64,000 bases of DNA, taken from contig CAZQTC010000023.1 in the NCBI GenBank assembly GCA_964596425.1, positions 648,190 through 712,189 of the forward strand, read 5' to 3'. Positions 46,140 to 55,124 of the stretch are shown here, piece by piece. The position numbers and the translations under genes are program-made. Numbering within the stretch: the stretch's first letter is position 1; each line of letters opens with the position of its first letter. The notes under the pieces are model-generated. The model was not told the DNA's origin and searched no databases. It worked only from the letters and a program-made list of their open reading frames with translations. The stretch comes from an uncultured Spirochaetales bacterium. GTDB taxonomy: Bacteria; Spirochaetota; Spirochaetia; SZUA-6.

Positions 46140-48338
46140 ATGATGAGTAAAGAAGCAAGAGAAAACGATGATATTTCTCTATCCAGTACTGAGTTAGACT
46201 CTATACTAGAAAGTGCAGATGAAGTAACAGAGAACCAAGAAAAGGAAGAAGAAAATATAGAGGAATACGGTGTTTGGGTTAAAGTAGAACCCGAGGATGT
46301 AGAAGAAGAGATAAAGAAAGAGGAAACAGACAAGGGCTACGAACTTTCGGATTTAGAAAGTGAAAGAGAAGAAAATCCATTAACAGACGAGGAAGAGAAA
46401 TTGCTTGGAGAACTAGAAGAAAGAATTAAAGATAAAGAAAAACTATCCGGGACACAAGAAACAAATGAGGAACTACCCGATTTAGAAATAGAGGATCTGG
46501 AAGACATTGATCTGTCGGAGGATATAGAATTACCGGATATAGAATTACCCGAAGAAGAAACATTGGAGGAAACTCCAAAGGCAGAAGAAACAAAAGAAGA
46601 AACAAAAACGGAAGAGATAAAAGATAGGATCTCACCATCATCTGAGGAGAAAGTTGTATCAGAAACAACGCCTGAGTCAGAAGAGATGTCAATAGACCTT
46701 GAAAACCTGGAAGAAGTAGCGGAGGAACCTTCCTCCGAAGAACTCTTAGAAGAGTTAAATACTGAGAATCCATTCGAGGAGGACGCCGAGAGCTTAGAAA
46801 TTGAAGAACTACCAAACCTGGAAGAGGGTGAAGAGACCACGGAGGAGACCCCATCTTTAGGAGGGGAGAGAGAATCTCTAGAAATACCAGAGGAAAATCT
46901 TCCGGGTTTAGAAGAGACAGATCTAGAAAATCTCACAATTGAAGAACCGGAAATAGAACCTCTGGATCTCTCCGAAGACATAGGGGAAGTAGAAACAGAA
47001 GAAACACTTCCAACTGCGGAGAACGAAATAGAGGAAATCGAATTGGAAGAATCCCCACTGGAAGAAAAAGAAGAATCAACGGAAGAGTTACCTAAAATGG
47101 AAAATGAAACCGAGGAAAGCGAGTCCAATGAGCCTATTGAAGAGATTAGCCTTGAAGATTTCGGGATAGAAGAAACACCCCCAGAGGGCGAATTGCCGCC
47201 AGCAGGAGAGACATCAGAGGAGGAAGAGAAAAAGGAAGAGGAGATAGAGGTTCCCCTTAGTGAACAGGTAGTAACGGATGAACATTTTGATGATCTCGGC
47301 GCTTTAGAAAAGGAATTAACGGAAACGGAAGAAGAATCAATAGAGAGTAGGCCGGAGGTTTCTCAAGAGGATACCTATAAGCCCACAGGAATGACCGAAG
47401 AGAATTCTGCAACTATACTCCTCAAAATCGAAAAGGAGTTGAGTGAAATAAAGAACGATCTGGTAGAACTAAAAAGGGAACTCTCCGTCTTAAAAGAAAT
47501 ACCAACCATTAAAGAAGCGAAAGAACCCTCAAGGGCCGAGACAGAAGAAAAGGCCAGAGAGTCAACGGGCTTTTTTGAAGATTCCGAAGAAGACGAGACT
47601 ATAGCATTAACCAACGATGAGCTAGACAATATTTTAAGTAGTGCTGATATTACAGAAGAGGTGGTTGAAGAAAAACCAATTGTGATAGAAGAGGAACAGG
47701 CTCCCCAACAACCAAAGGAAACTTTGGAAGAAATTTCTCAAACAGAAACACCAGAGGAAGGGCCGTCTGAAGAATCATTGATGGACAAAGAGGATATCTT
47801 AAAATATGAAGAAGAAATAGGAAAAGAAAACATCCCTCAACAAGAAACCCCGCAAGAAATCTCTTTAGAGGAAGAGCAAGAGGTTTCAGAGGAAAAGCCA
47901 GAAATAGAAGAGATAGAACTGGAAATACCGGAGGAGGAAGAGCCAGTCCAGGCTCAAACTCCATCAATTTCTCCGGAAGAACCTCAACAACCCGCCGAGA
48001 TAACAGAAGAGGAGAGCGAAAAACCGGAAGAGATAGAACTGGAAATGCCAGAAACAGAAACACAAGGGGAGAAGGAGGAAGAAGCATTACAAGAAGAACG
48101 TGCTCCAGGTGAAAAAGAGACAACCCGGGAAGAAGAAATATCAACAGAAGGAGAAATAGAAAAACCTCAGGAGGAGAAAAAAATACCTGATGACTTAAAG
48201 GAAGAGATCAAGTCGGTACTTGCATATATGGATCAACTCCTTGAGGCTCTTCCTGAAGAAAAAATTCAGGAATTTGCTCGTTCCGAGTACTTTGGTGTAT
48301 ATAAAAAATTATTTGAAGAATTAGGATTAGGAACCTAA
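46140..48338 (+). CDS. Extremely acidic Glu-rich low-complexity protein (732 aa) with conserved N- and C-terminal segments
   Basis: By eye, about 45% of the central 650 aa are Glu. Repeated E-x-P-E-E-I-E-L-E units are present. A 24-nt direct repeat gaagagatagaactggaaat occurs at about 47910 and about 48022. The ELDxILxSADxTE motif occurs twice. The C-terminal tail has ordinary composition (SVLAYMDQLLEALPEEKIQEFARSEYFGVYKKLFEELGL). Confidence 0.7.
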   Translation: MMSKEARENDDISLSSTELDSILESADEVTENQEKEEENIEEYGVWVKVEPEDVEEEIKKEETDKGYELSDLESEREENPLTDEEEKLLGELEERIKDKEKLSGTQETNEELPDLEIEDLEDIDLSEDIELPDIELPEEETLEETPKAEETKEETKTEEIKDRISPSSEEKVVSETTPESEEMSIDLENLEEVAEEPSSEELLEELNTENPFEEDAESLEIEELPNLEEGEETTEETPSLGGERESLEIPEENLPGLEETDLENLTIEEPEIEPLDLSEDIGEVETEETLPTAENEIEEIELEESPLEEKEESTEELPKMENETEESESNEPIEEISLEDFGIEETPPEGELPPAGETSEEEEKKEEEIEVPLSEQVVTDEHFDDLGALEKELTETEEESIESRPEVSQEDTYKPTGMTEENSATILLKIEKELSEIKNDLVELKRELSVLKEIPTIKEAKEPSRAETEEKARESTGFFEDSEEDETIALTNDELDNILSSADITEEVVEEKPIVIEEEQAPQQPKETLEEISQTETPEEGPSEESLMDKEDILKYEEEIGKENIPQQETPQEISLEEEQEVSEEKPEIEEIELEIPEEEEPVQAQTPSISPEEPQQPAEITEEESEKPEEIELEMPETETQGEKEEEALQEERAPGEKETTREEEISTEGEIEKPQEEKKIPDDLKEEIKSVLAYMDQLLEALPEEKIQEFARSEYFGVYKKLFEELGLGT

Positions 48339-49681
48339 TGGGGCTTCTTCAAAAAGCTGATAGTCTAACTCAGAAAAAATCCTCCCGAGGAAGAGGACTT
48401 TTAAAACGCACATTAGAAATTCTCGAAAAAAATAAAACAAGTGAGGGTTATCCTACATTACCCCATCAAGAAGAAAGCAAATCCAAAACACGAACCTATA
48501 TCTCTCAAGAAGAGGTGGATCGTCTCCTCAAAGAGAGCAACAAGCGCAAAGAATATATAAGAAAAAACCTCCAGAACTGGAAAAAACACAAAAAGGTACC
48601 TACAGTACCTCTCACATGGGCCGAAGCCAATAGAGAAGCACCCACAATAACGCGTGACCCCACAATAAGAGAAGAGGATATCGAAACTCTTCTTAAAAAT
48701 AACAATAATAAAACTAAAGAAGAAAAGATGGGCGATTCTAGCACATCGGAATTGCTCATCGATAACTTGGATCTGTTACATAGAATGATCGAAGAGACAC
48801 CAGAGGGTATAGAAACACCAATAGCCGTGTTTTCCAAACTAAAAGAGTTTTTATCAATAAAAAAGGGAGCCATTCTTCTCTACGACCCACTGAGGATGGT
48901 GTTTGCTCCCTGGGCCAGTGTGGGTTATGACAAAACAACGCTTCACCGAATGCGAATTCCCATTGGTTTTTCTGAAAGTTTTAATTCAATAACGGGGGGC
49001 AACATAACTACTCTTCACGAGAATCTCGATGAGTACAGAAAATTTTTTTCAAACAGAGAGTTTAATCTTATAAACAGACTCATCTTCGTGCCTTTCATTT
49101 TCAACGAAAAGTTAATTGCTCTATTACTCATTCAAGAAGTAAGAGAGGGAATTACAGAGGAAAATCTAATTTCAATGTTCAAAGAACTTTCGCCTATAAT
49201 CTCTCAAAAAATATACAATGCAAGAGAGAAAAAATTCAAACTCCTAAAGGTGATGCAACCCGAAGAATTTGAATCTATCCGTGAAAAAATTCAAAGTGAC
49301 ATAAAAAGAGCACAAACCAACGAGAAAAAAGTAATTGCTTTACTACTATCTCTGGAAAATGTTACCGGCACTTTACCTAAAGAGATCATTGCTCATTCGG
49401 ATCAATATCGAATCAGTGAAGATATTGAAAAAATTCTAAAATCACTCTTTTACTCAACAGGGCGCGTATTCAAACTGAACAACTTCAATTACCTCATAGA
49501 CATCTTTAACATTAGAGAGCCTGACATGGAACTAATCCTAGATCAGCTCTTGTATAATCTCAATTATTTTCTGACAGATAAAAGCACCCATTTGGACCTT
49601 CATAACAAAATAAACTATAAATACAAAATTTTCCCCGATGAGGCAAAAACAGAAAGTGAATTACTCTCCGGACTCATCTAG
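48338..49681 (+). CDS. Hypothetical protein with central GAF-like region, translationally coupled to the acidic protein
   Basis: Its ATG overlaps the upstream TAA (TAATG). Residues roughly 140-290 have a GAF-like alternation; the C-terminal 150 aa are unassigned. Confidence 0.45.
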   Translation: MGLLQKADSLTQKKSSRGRGLLKRTLEILEKNKTSEGYPTLPHQEESKSKTRTYISQEEVDRLLKESNKRKEYIRKNLQNWKKHKKVPTVPLTWAEANREAPTITRDPTIREEDIETLLKNNNNKTKEEKMGDSSTSELLIDNLDLLHRMIEETPEGIETPIAVFSKLKEFLSIKKGAILLYDPLRMVFAPWASVGYDKTTLHRMRIPIGFSESFNSITGGNITTLHENLDEYRKFFSNREFNLINRLIFVPFIFNEKLIALLLIQEVREGITEENLISMFKELSPIISQKIYNAREKKFKLLKVMQPEEFESIREKIQSDIKRAQTNEKKVIALLLSLENVTGTLPKEIIAHSDQYRISEDIEKILKSLFYSTGRVFKLNNFNYLIDIFNIREPDMELILDQLLYNLNYFLTDKSTHLDLHNKINYKYKIFPDEAKTESELLSGLI

Positions 49682-49697
49682 AGGCAACTAACTTTAA

Positions 49698-51335
49698 ATG
49701 TGCAAAGTTGAATTATCCCTATCACGTAACAAACTTCCAACGGCAAAAATAAATGGCATTCGGTATCATTCCACCTATGATCCTCAAAGAGAAGCAATTC
49801 GATTCTTAGAAAACGCATTAGGTACACCTAATTCACATCTTCCCCTTTGCCTTATCATTATCGGAGCCGGTCTAGGATATCTGGAAACAGCCGCAAAAGC
49901 GATAAACTCTTCAATTAAGGTAATAAATATTCATCTATGCGAAGAGCTCTTAAAATATCGCTTTCCAATCTCCACCAACTCAGTAGTCTACAGCACACCA
50001 ATTCAACTATTAAGATACCTAAAAACAAAGATAGCAGAATTCGAGCTACCCGGACTCAAAGTAATAGAGTGGCCTCCAGCTAATAAACTTTTTCCACACA
50101 AAATAAAAGAAGTGAGAGAAACCATTCTGACTCTGACAAAAGAATATTCAGGAAATTTCAAGACAACCATTGCATTGGGGAAACGATGGATAAAAAATTC
50201 TTTCTTAAATTTTCTCTTTTTCGACTCTCCTATAAAGGACATACACTTCACGAATAATCCCATAATTGTTATTACAGCCTCCGGGCCAACACTCGAACAC
50301 TCCCTGTCCATCATAAAAAAATACAGAAAATACATCTTCCTAATAGCTCTTCCATCTTCTCTTCCAATGTACTCATACTATGAAATACAACCAGATCTCC
50401 TCGTACTTACAGATCCCGGATACTATTCCATCTATCATTTAAGTTTCTACACAAGAGGTAAATTAAATCTCCTAATGCCCTACTCCGGGGTTACCGGACT
50501 ATGGGATTTAAATTACACCCTGTTTCCTATCCTTCAAACTAATTTTTTTGAGATCGAGCTGGCTAAAAAAGCCAAACTGAAACTTCTGACAATACCCTCG
50601 CAGGGAACCGTAGCCGCCACTGCTCTAAACTACTCTGCAAATCTGAACCCCAGCGCTATCGTCTTTGCAGGGTTGGATTTATGCTTTTATGATGTTTTCT
50701 CCCACGCCAGAATAAGCGGCAGCGATTACTATTTTTACCTAACGAGTAATAAGTTACATCCCTACCTCACAGAAAAAGTCTTCAAACTCTATTCAGAAAA
50801 ATACATCGCACTAAAGACACAAGAGAATAACAGCACGATTAATCACTATATGTCAGAACCACTGTATCTATACTCAAAATGGTTTAGTAATACGGCAGAG
50901 CAATTTAACCTGCCCCTTTTTAGATTAAACGCCTCTCCGGTTAAACTTCGAGGCTTTATAAATATTGAGGAGGAAGAATTTAAATCTATAATCCGTTCCT
51001 CCGGAGCAAATGCAAGTAAATTAGGCAAACACGCCTTCAGGATTGAATACTACAAACATCAATACCCTAATTTCACAGAGAGAAAACAACTCTTAAAAAA
51101 GCTAATAGAACATTGGTTATCAGAATTAACCGTCATCGAGAAAACGAAAATAACCCCAAGCTTATTAAATGATACCTTTTTCAACTTTGCCTATTATTTT
51201 GACTTAAAAAAACTGAGTGAATTAAAGCAAAATATTATCGAAAATAATTATAGGAGGGCCAGAGAGCTAGTTGTAGAGTTAAATGATTCAATACACACAT
51301 TTCTCAACAAATATCTGGATATCCTACAGAAATAA
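49698..51335 (+). CDS. Motility accessory factor (Maf)-family protein, DUF115 / MptE-like putative flagellin glycosyltransferase
   Basis: Conserved core IVITASGPTL...LVLTDPGYY...IVFAGLDLCFYD, matching the Maf GxGPSL ... D ... G(I/L)D pattern. It is a paralog of the next gene. Confidence 0.65.
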   Translation: MCKVELSLSRNKLPTAKINGIRYHSTYDPQREAIRFLENALGTPNSHLPLCLIIIGAGLGYLETAAKAINSSIKVINIHLCEELLKYRFPISTNSVVYSTPIQLLRYLKTKIAEFELPGLKVIEWPPANKLFPHKIKEVRETILTLTKEYSGNFKTTIALGKRWIKNSFLNFLFFDSPIKDIHFTNNPIIVITASGPTLEHSLSIIKKYRKYIFLIALPSSLPMYSYYEIQPDLLVLTDPGYYSIYHLSFYTRGKLNLLMPYSGVTGLWDLNYTLFPILQTNFFEIELAKKAKLKLLTIPSQGTVAATALNYSANLNPSAIVFAGLDLCFYDVFSHARISGSDYYFYLTSNKLHPYLTEKVFKLYSEKYIALKTQENNSTINHYMSEPLYLYSKWFSNTAEQFNLPLFRLNASPVKLRGFINIEEEEFKSIIRSSGANASKLGKHAFRIEYYKHQYPNFTERKQLLKKLIEHWLSELTVIEKTKITPSLLNDTFFNFAYYFDLKKLSELKQNIIENNYRRARELVVELNDSIHTFLNKYLDILQK

Positions 51336-51337
51336 AA

Positions 51338-53020
51338 GTGGCGGACCTATCAATGAATAAAAAAATTTATGAAAGAAACCTTTTAGCACTCTCAGTCAAC
51401 AATCCTGAAATTTCCTCCAGGCTAAAAATACTTGAAGAAAAAAAAAGTACAGTACATTTTGTAATATCAAAAACAAATCTGCTTATCCCAACAATAAACA
51501 CCCCCAATGGTAATATACCATTACACTCCACCTTTGACCCTATAAAGGAAGGTTACCGATACTACACCACAACTCCAAAGGGAGAATTTATGATATTTAT
51601 AGGTTTCGGAGGCGGCTACCATATTCTTCCCTTCCTTAAACATAAAGAAATATCTCAGATTCTCGTCATAGAAAAAAACATCCTTCTCTTCAAGTCGGTA
51701 CTTGAAAACATTGACGTGAGAGAAATCCTCACAGATCCACGACTGACTCTTCTAGTAGAAAGTTCTCCCGAACAAATTAAACACTTTTTACTATCTAATT
51801 ACTTTCCCGCCATCTCCGGAGACTTACAAACCATAATCCTACAACCAATACTACGAATTGAAAAAAACTTCCTCAATGAAACAGTTAACGCCATAAAGGC
51901 AGCCATAAGTAAAATCGCCGATGATTACACGGTTCAAGCGCATTTTGGCAAGAAATGGTTCACCAATACTCTCTTAAATCTCGCTGCAGCAGAAAAATCC
52001 TATTTAACCTTAAAACCAATAAAAGAAGTAATGATAACAGGAGCAGGACCCTCTCTTGAAGCACAACTCGACAAAATCAAAGAAATAAAAAAAAGAGCCC
52101 TTCTCCTGGCTACCGATACATCATTACCCTTTCTATTAGATAATGATGTAATTCCGGACATGGTTATCTCCATAGATTGCCAACAGGTGAGTTATCATCA
52201 TTTCTTAAAGGGGTTACCACCAGATGTCCCTCTAATTATAGATCTTGCATCTCCCCCTATACTAACACGACTAACGGAAAAGATTATTTTCTTCTCGAGC
52301 AACCACCCCTTTTCTATATTTGTAAATCGCAAATGGAGAAGTTTTCCAATTATTGACACCTCTGGTGGTAATGTCTCCCACGCTGCTGTTTCTCTTGCCC
52401 ACAAACTCGGAGCCGAGAGAATTTATCTGTTTGGAATTGACTACTCATACCCGGAGGGTAAAGTATATGCGAGGGGTACCTATATATATCCATATTTCCG
52501 CTCCCTGGAAAAGCGTACCACTCCTTTAGAAACAAAGCTCTTTGAATTTATAATGCGTAACAAAGCAATAAGTAAAACATTTAAAAATGGCACTGTTATT
52601 TATACCACAAAACCAATGAGTAGCTACCAAACAAGGTTAGAAGAATACATCAACACCCTCGACTGTGAAATTATTCAAATCCCCGGCAGGGGAATATCAT
52701 TAAACATACCCTCCAACATCCAACGTTCCACCAAATCCGTTCTTAGAAAAATATTTGCCGCAGGTCCCTACACCGTATCATGGCGACAATTTTTACAGGA
52801 GTATTTATCCCTGGTAGAAAAATTACCAGAACCATACTTACCTCTAGGGAAATACTTAAAAAATCTTTCTATGGAAGAGCGAGATATATGGTTCACTCAA
52901 TTTCCAGCAGCTGCTGCTATAAGGGAACTGGACAAATTATCCGAAGTTACTCCGCCCGAACTATTAAAGTACGTAAGAGAATGGACACTATCCAAAGTAA
53001 AACACATTCTAGAGAGTTAA
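51338..53020 (+). CDS. Motility accessory factor (Maf)-family protein, DUF115 paralog
   Basis: VMITGAGPSLEAQ...MVISIDCQQ...RIYLFGIDYSYPEG. The start is ambiguous: the GTG at 51338 or the ATG at 51353. Confidence 0.65.
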   Translation: MADLSMNKKIYERNLLALSVNNPEISSRLKILEEKKSTVHFVISKTNLLIPTINTPNGNIPLHSTFDPIKEGYRYYTTTPKGEFMIFIGFGGGYHILPFLKHKEISQILVIEKNILLFKSVLENIDVREILTDPRLTLLVESSPEQIKHFLLSNYFPAISGDLQTIILQPILRIEKNFLNETVNAIKAAISKIADDYTVQAHFGKKWFTNTLLNLAAAEKSYLTLKPIKEVMITGAGPSLEAQLDKIKEIKKRALLLATDTSLPFLLDNDVIPDMVISIDCQQVSYHHFLKGLPPDVPLIIDLASPPILTRLTEKIIFFSSNHPFSIFVNRKWRSFPIIDTSGGNVSHAAVSLAHKLGAERIYLFGIDYSYPEGKVYARGTYIYPYFRSLEKRTTPLETKLFEFIMRNKAISKTFKNGTVIYTTKPMSSYQTRLEEYINTLDCEIIQIPGRGISLNIPSNIQRSTKSVLRKIFAAGPYTVSWRQFLQEYLSLVEKLPEPYLPLGKYLKNLSMEERDIWFTQFPAAAAIRELDKLSEVTPPELLKYVREWTLSKVKHILES

Positions 53021-53043
53021 ACTATAAATTCCAACACCAAACC

Positions 53044-53871
53044 TCAATAATAAATAATCCCACCGTATCCAACAAACGAATCACCCGGGAAAATATCGTA
53101 GCTCGTATAATAATCCAGAAGAGTACTACGTTTCAAACCACTTTTAATTGCAAATGCTAAAGCGACGGCAGCGCCACCAGCAGAACAGGCAGATCTATTT
53201 TTCACAGCATGCTCAATTGCCTCTTTAGGTTTGAAATTAAGCATCAATTCTAAATACCCTCTATCATTCACCTCTTTAACCCACTTCACCGCCTGCTTCC
53301 CACTTCCAGCTGGCATAAAACCGTAATTCAACCCATAGTGAGTTAGATCTGTAGAACCTATAACAGCCACCTTCCTTCCCATTTCCTTTGCCACATCGTA
53401 TATTACTTCTCCAAGATGTATTGCTTCTTCGGAGGGTGCAGCTCTCATGCCTATAACCTTTTTTTTCGGGAATAGATACTTTACAAAGGGAAGTTGGATT
53501 TCCACACAGTTATCCGCATATCTATCTTCGTATAACTCAATCTTCTCCCTAATCCAATTTAACATCTCCGTATCAGCTTCAAGTACACCCAACGGGGTTT
53601 CGAATCCCTCTTCAAACTCCGCATAAAGACCATCAGAGGGAGTAAGATGCCCCCCGACAATGACAATGGTATCAATTTTCCGGTCAATAGAACTTAATAC
53701 CTCGAGCGCCACTTTACCAGAAAACTCCCATCCGGCGTGGGGAACAATTCCCGCTCTTGCAGTAGTAACTGTGGTCTTAATCCTTCCAAGTTCTCTCTCT
53801 ATCCTCTCACGGGTTTCATCACCCCTAGCAGGATACCAACCAACAGGCAAGGTTCTTTCTCTTATTCTCAT
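53044..53871 (-). CDS. MEMO1-family protein (AmmeMemoRadiSam system protein B-like)
   Basis: GWYP, VPHAGWEFSG and GSTDLTHYG motifs. Confidence 0.75.
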   Translation of the reverse strand: MRIRERTLPVGWYPARGDETRERIERELGRIKTTVTTARAGIVPHAGWEFSGKVALEVLSSIDRKIDTIVIVGGHLTPSDGLYAEFEEGFETPLGVLEADTEMLNWIREKIELYEDRYADNCVEIQLPFVKYLFPKKKVIGMRAAPSEEAIHLGEVIYDVAKEMGRKVAVIGSTDLTHYGLNYGFMPAGSGKQAVKWVKEVNDRGYLELMLNFKPKEAIEHAVKNRSACSAGGAAVALAFAIKSGLKRSTLLDYYTSYDIFPGDSFVGYGGIIYY

Positions 53872-53963
53872 TTTTACCTTCTCCCAAGGAACAAATAATT
53901 AACGTTGAAATAAAGAAATAAAAAATTAGTTCACATTCTCCTTATTATTAATATAATAATAAC

Positions 53964-55124
53964 ATGAAAAAAACAATCTCAGTTTTTGTAATAATCAGTG
54001 TTGTTTTTTACGTTTTTACGCTTTTGTTCTTCGGTATTAAATACAAAACAACCCGTGATCACAATCTTAAACAGATCAACTCACAATTCAAGGAACTAAA
54101 AATCCTAATCTCGTCAGTATACTCCGCTACCAATTCATTCAGTTCAAAATACTTCAAAATGCGAGTTCACCAAATAGTAAAAAATAACAAACGACTCAGA
54201 TTAATCATGATATCCAGTTCCCAAGGTCAAATAGAGTATCTGTATACCAAAAACCGCTCTATAGTAAATAGAACAATTCTCGAAAAACCCCAAACTAACG
54301 TCAGCAAACTTAAAAAGCCACCCCTATTCTATCTCCATCCTCTTATACATAGTTACATTAAAAGCCCATTAATACCTATAAACAGCAACAGCTATGAACT
54401 TCATGCAATTTACACCGTTGTTTCCCATGGGGAATTATACAAACTCGTTAAAGACATGTTTTATACCTTTGTAGCATTTTTTATAGTAGTTTTTATATTC
54501 TCACTCTATCTTTTAACCGCCACGGGTCAAACAGCGCTTCCCTCTAACATGTCACGTGGTATTTCTAGTACCTCTAAACTTGATGTTTCGAAATCCCCGA
54601 AAGATACTACCAGCAGTATGTACTCCCCTATTTCTGGTGTAACGTGGAAAGAATACCTTGACGTAAAATTAGAGGATGAACTAAAAAAAGCAGATATTGG
54701 AAATTATAACCTTTCATTGGCAATTATAAAAATTGATGATTTTGAAGAATTAGAAAATCGAGAAGAGATATACTTATCACTCGTCAAAACTGTTCTCAAC
54801 AGATTTCCCGCAAAAAACTTTGTTTTTGAATGGGATGGGGGACTTGCATTAATCCTCCCCAAAACAGACATCAAACAAGCAATAAAAAAAATGGAAAAAC
54901 TACGGCAGAGTATTATTAACAAGTACTATACGACCTACAAATTTAGTATTTCTATAGGGATAAGTGCTAAAAATAATAGGGATATTTCCTCACCACAATT
55001 GATAAAGGAAACATCCCTCTCTCTAAAAAAGGCCATCTCTGAAGGAAAAAATCAGGTAATAGCCTTTAATGCGGATCCTGAGAAATATGCCAAAATACAC
55101 CCGGATCCAGAACAGTACAATTAA
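53964..55124 (+). CDS. Membrane protein with degenerate GGDEF domain (signature replaced by GGLAL)
   Basis: Two TM helices flank a roughly 140-aa periplasmic region. The C-terminal GGDEF-like domain reads LSLAIIKIDDFEELE...FVFEWDGGLALILP...FSISIGIS...KKAISEGKNQVIAF. Confidence 0.6.
   Translation: MKKTISVFVIISVVFYVFTLLFFGIKYKTTRDHNLKQINSQFKELKILISSVYSATNSFSSKYFKMRVHQIVKNNKRLRLIMISSSQGQIEYLYTKNRSIVNRTILEKPQTNVSKLKKPPLFYLHPLIHSYIKSPLIPINSNSYELHAIYTVVSHGELYKLVKDMFYTFVAFFIVVFIFSLYLLTATGQTALPSNMSRGISSTSKLDVSKSPKDTTSSMYSPISGVTWKEYLDVKLEDELKKADIGNYNLSLAIIKIDDFEELENREEIYLSLVKTVLNRFPAKNFVFEWDGGLALILPKTDIKQAIKKMEKLRQSIINKYYTTYKFSISIGISAKNNRDISSPQLIKETSLSLKKAISEGKNQVIAFNADPEKYAKIHPDPEQYN

Noticed and set aside
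46337-48144. Long minus-strand ORFs (263 aa Ser-rich at 46337-47128, 142 aa, and 164 aa Leu/Pro-rich) antisense to the acidic-protein gene
   Set aside because: They are the reverse-complement reading of GAA/GAG-rich codons (TTC/CTC give Ser, Phe, Leu). They have no start context and are fully embedded in a gene that has clear N- and C-terminal conserved caps. This is a low-complexity artefact.
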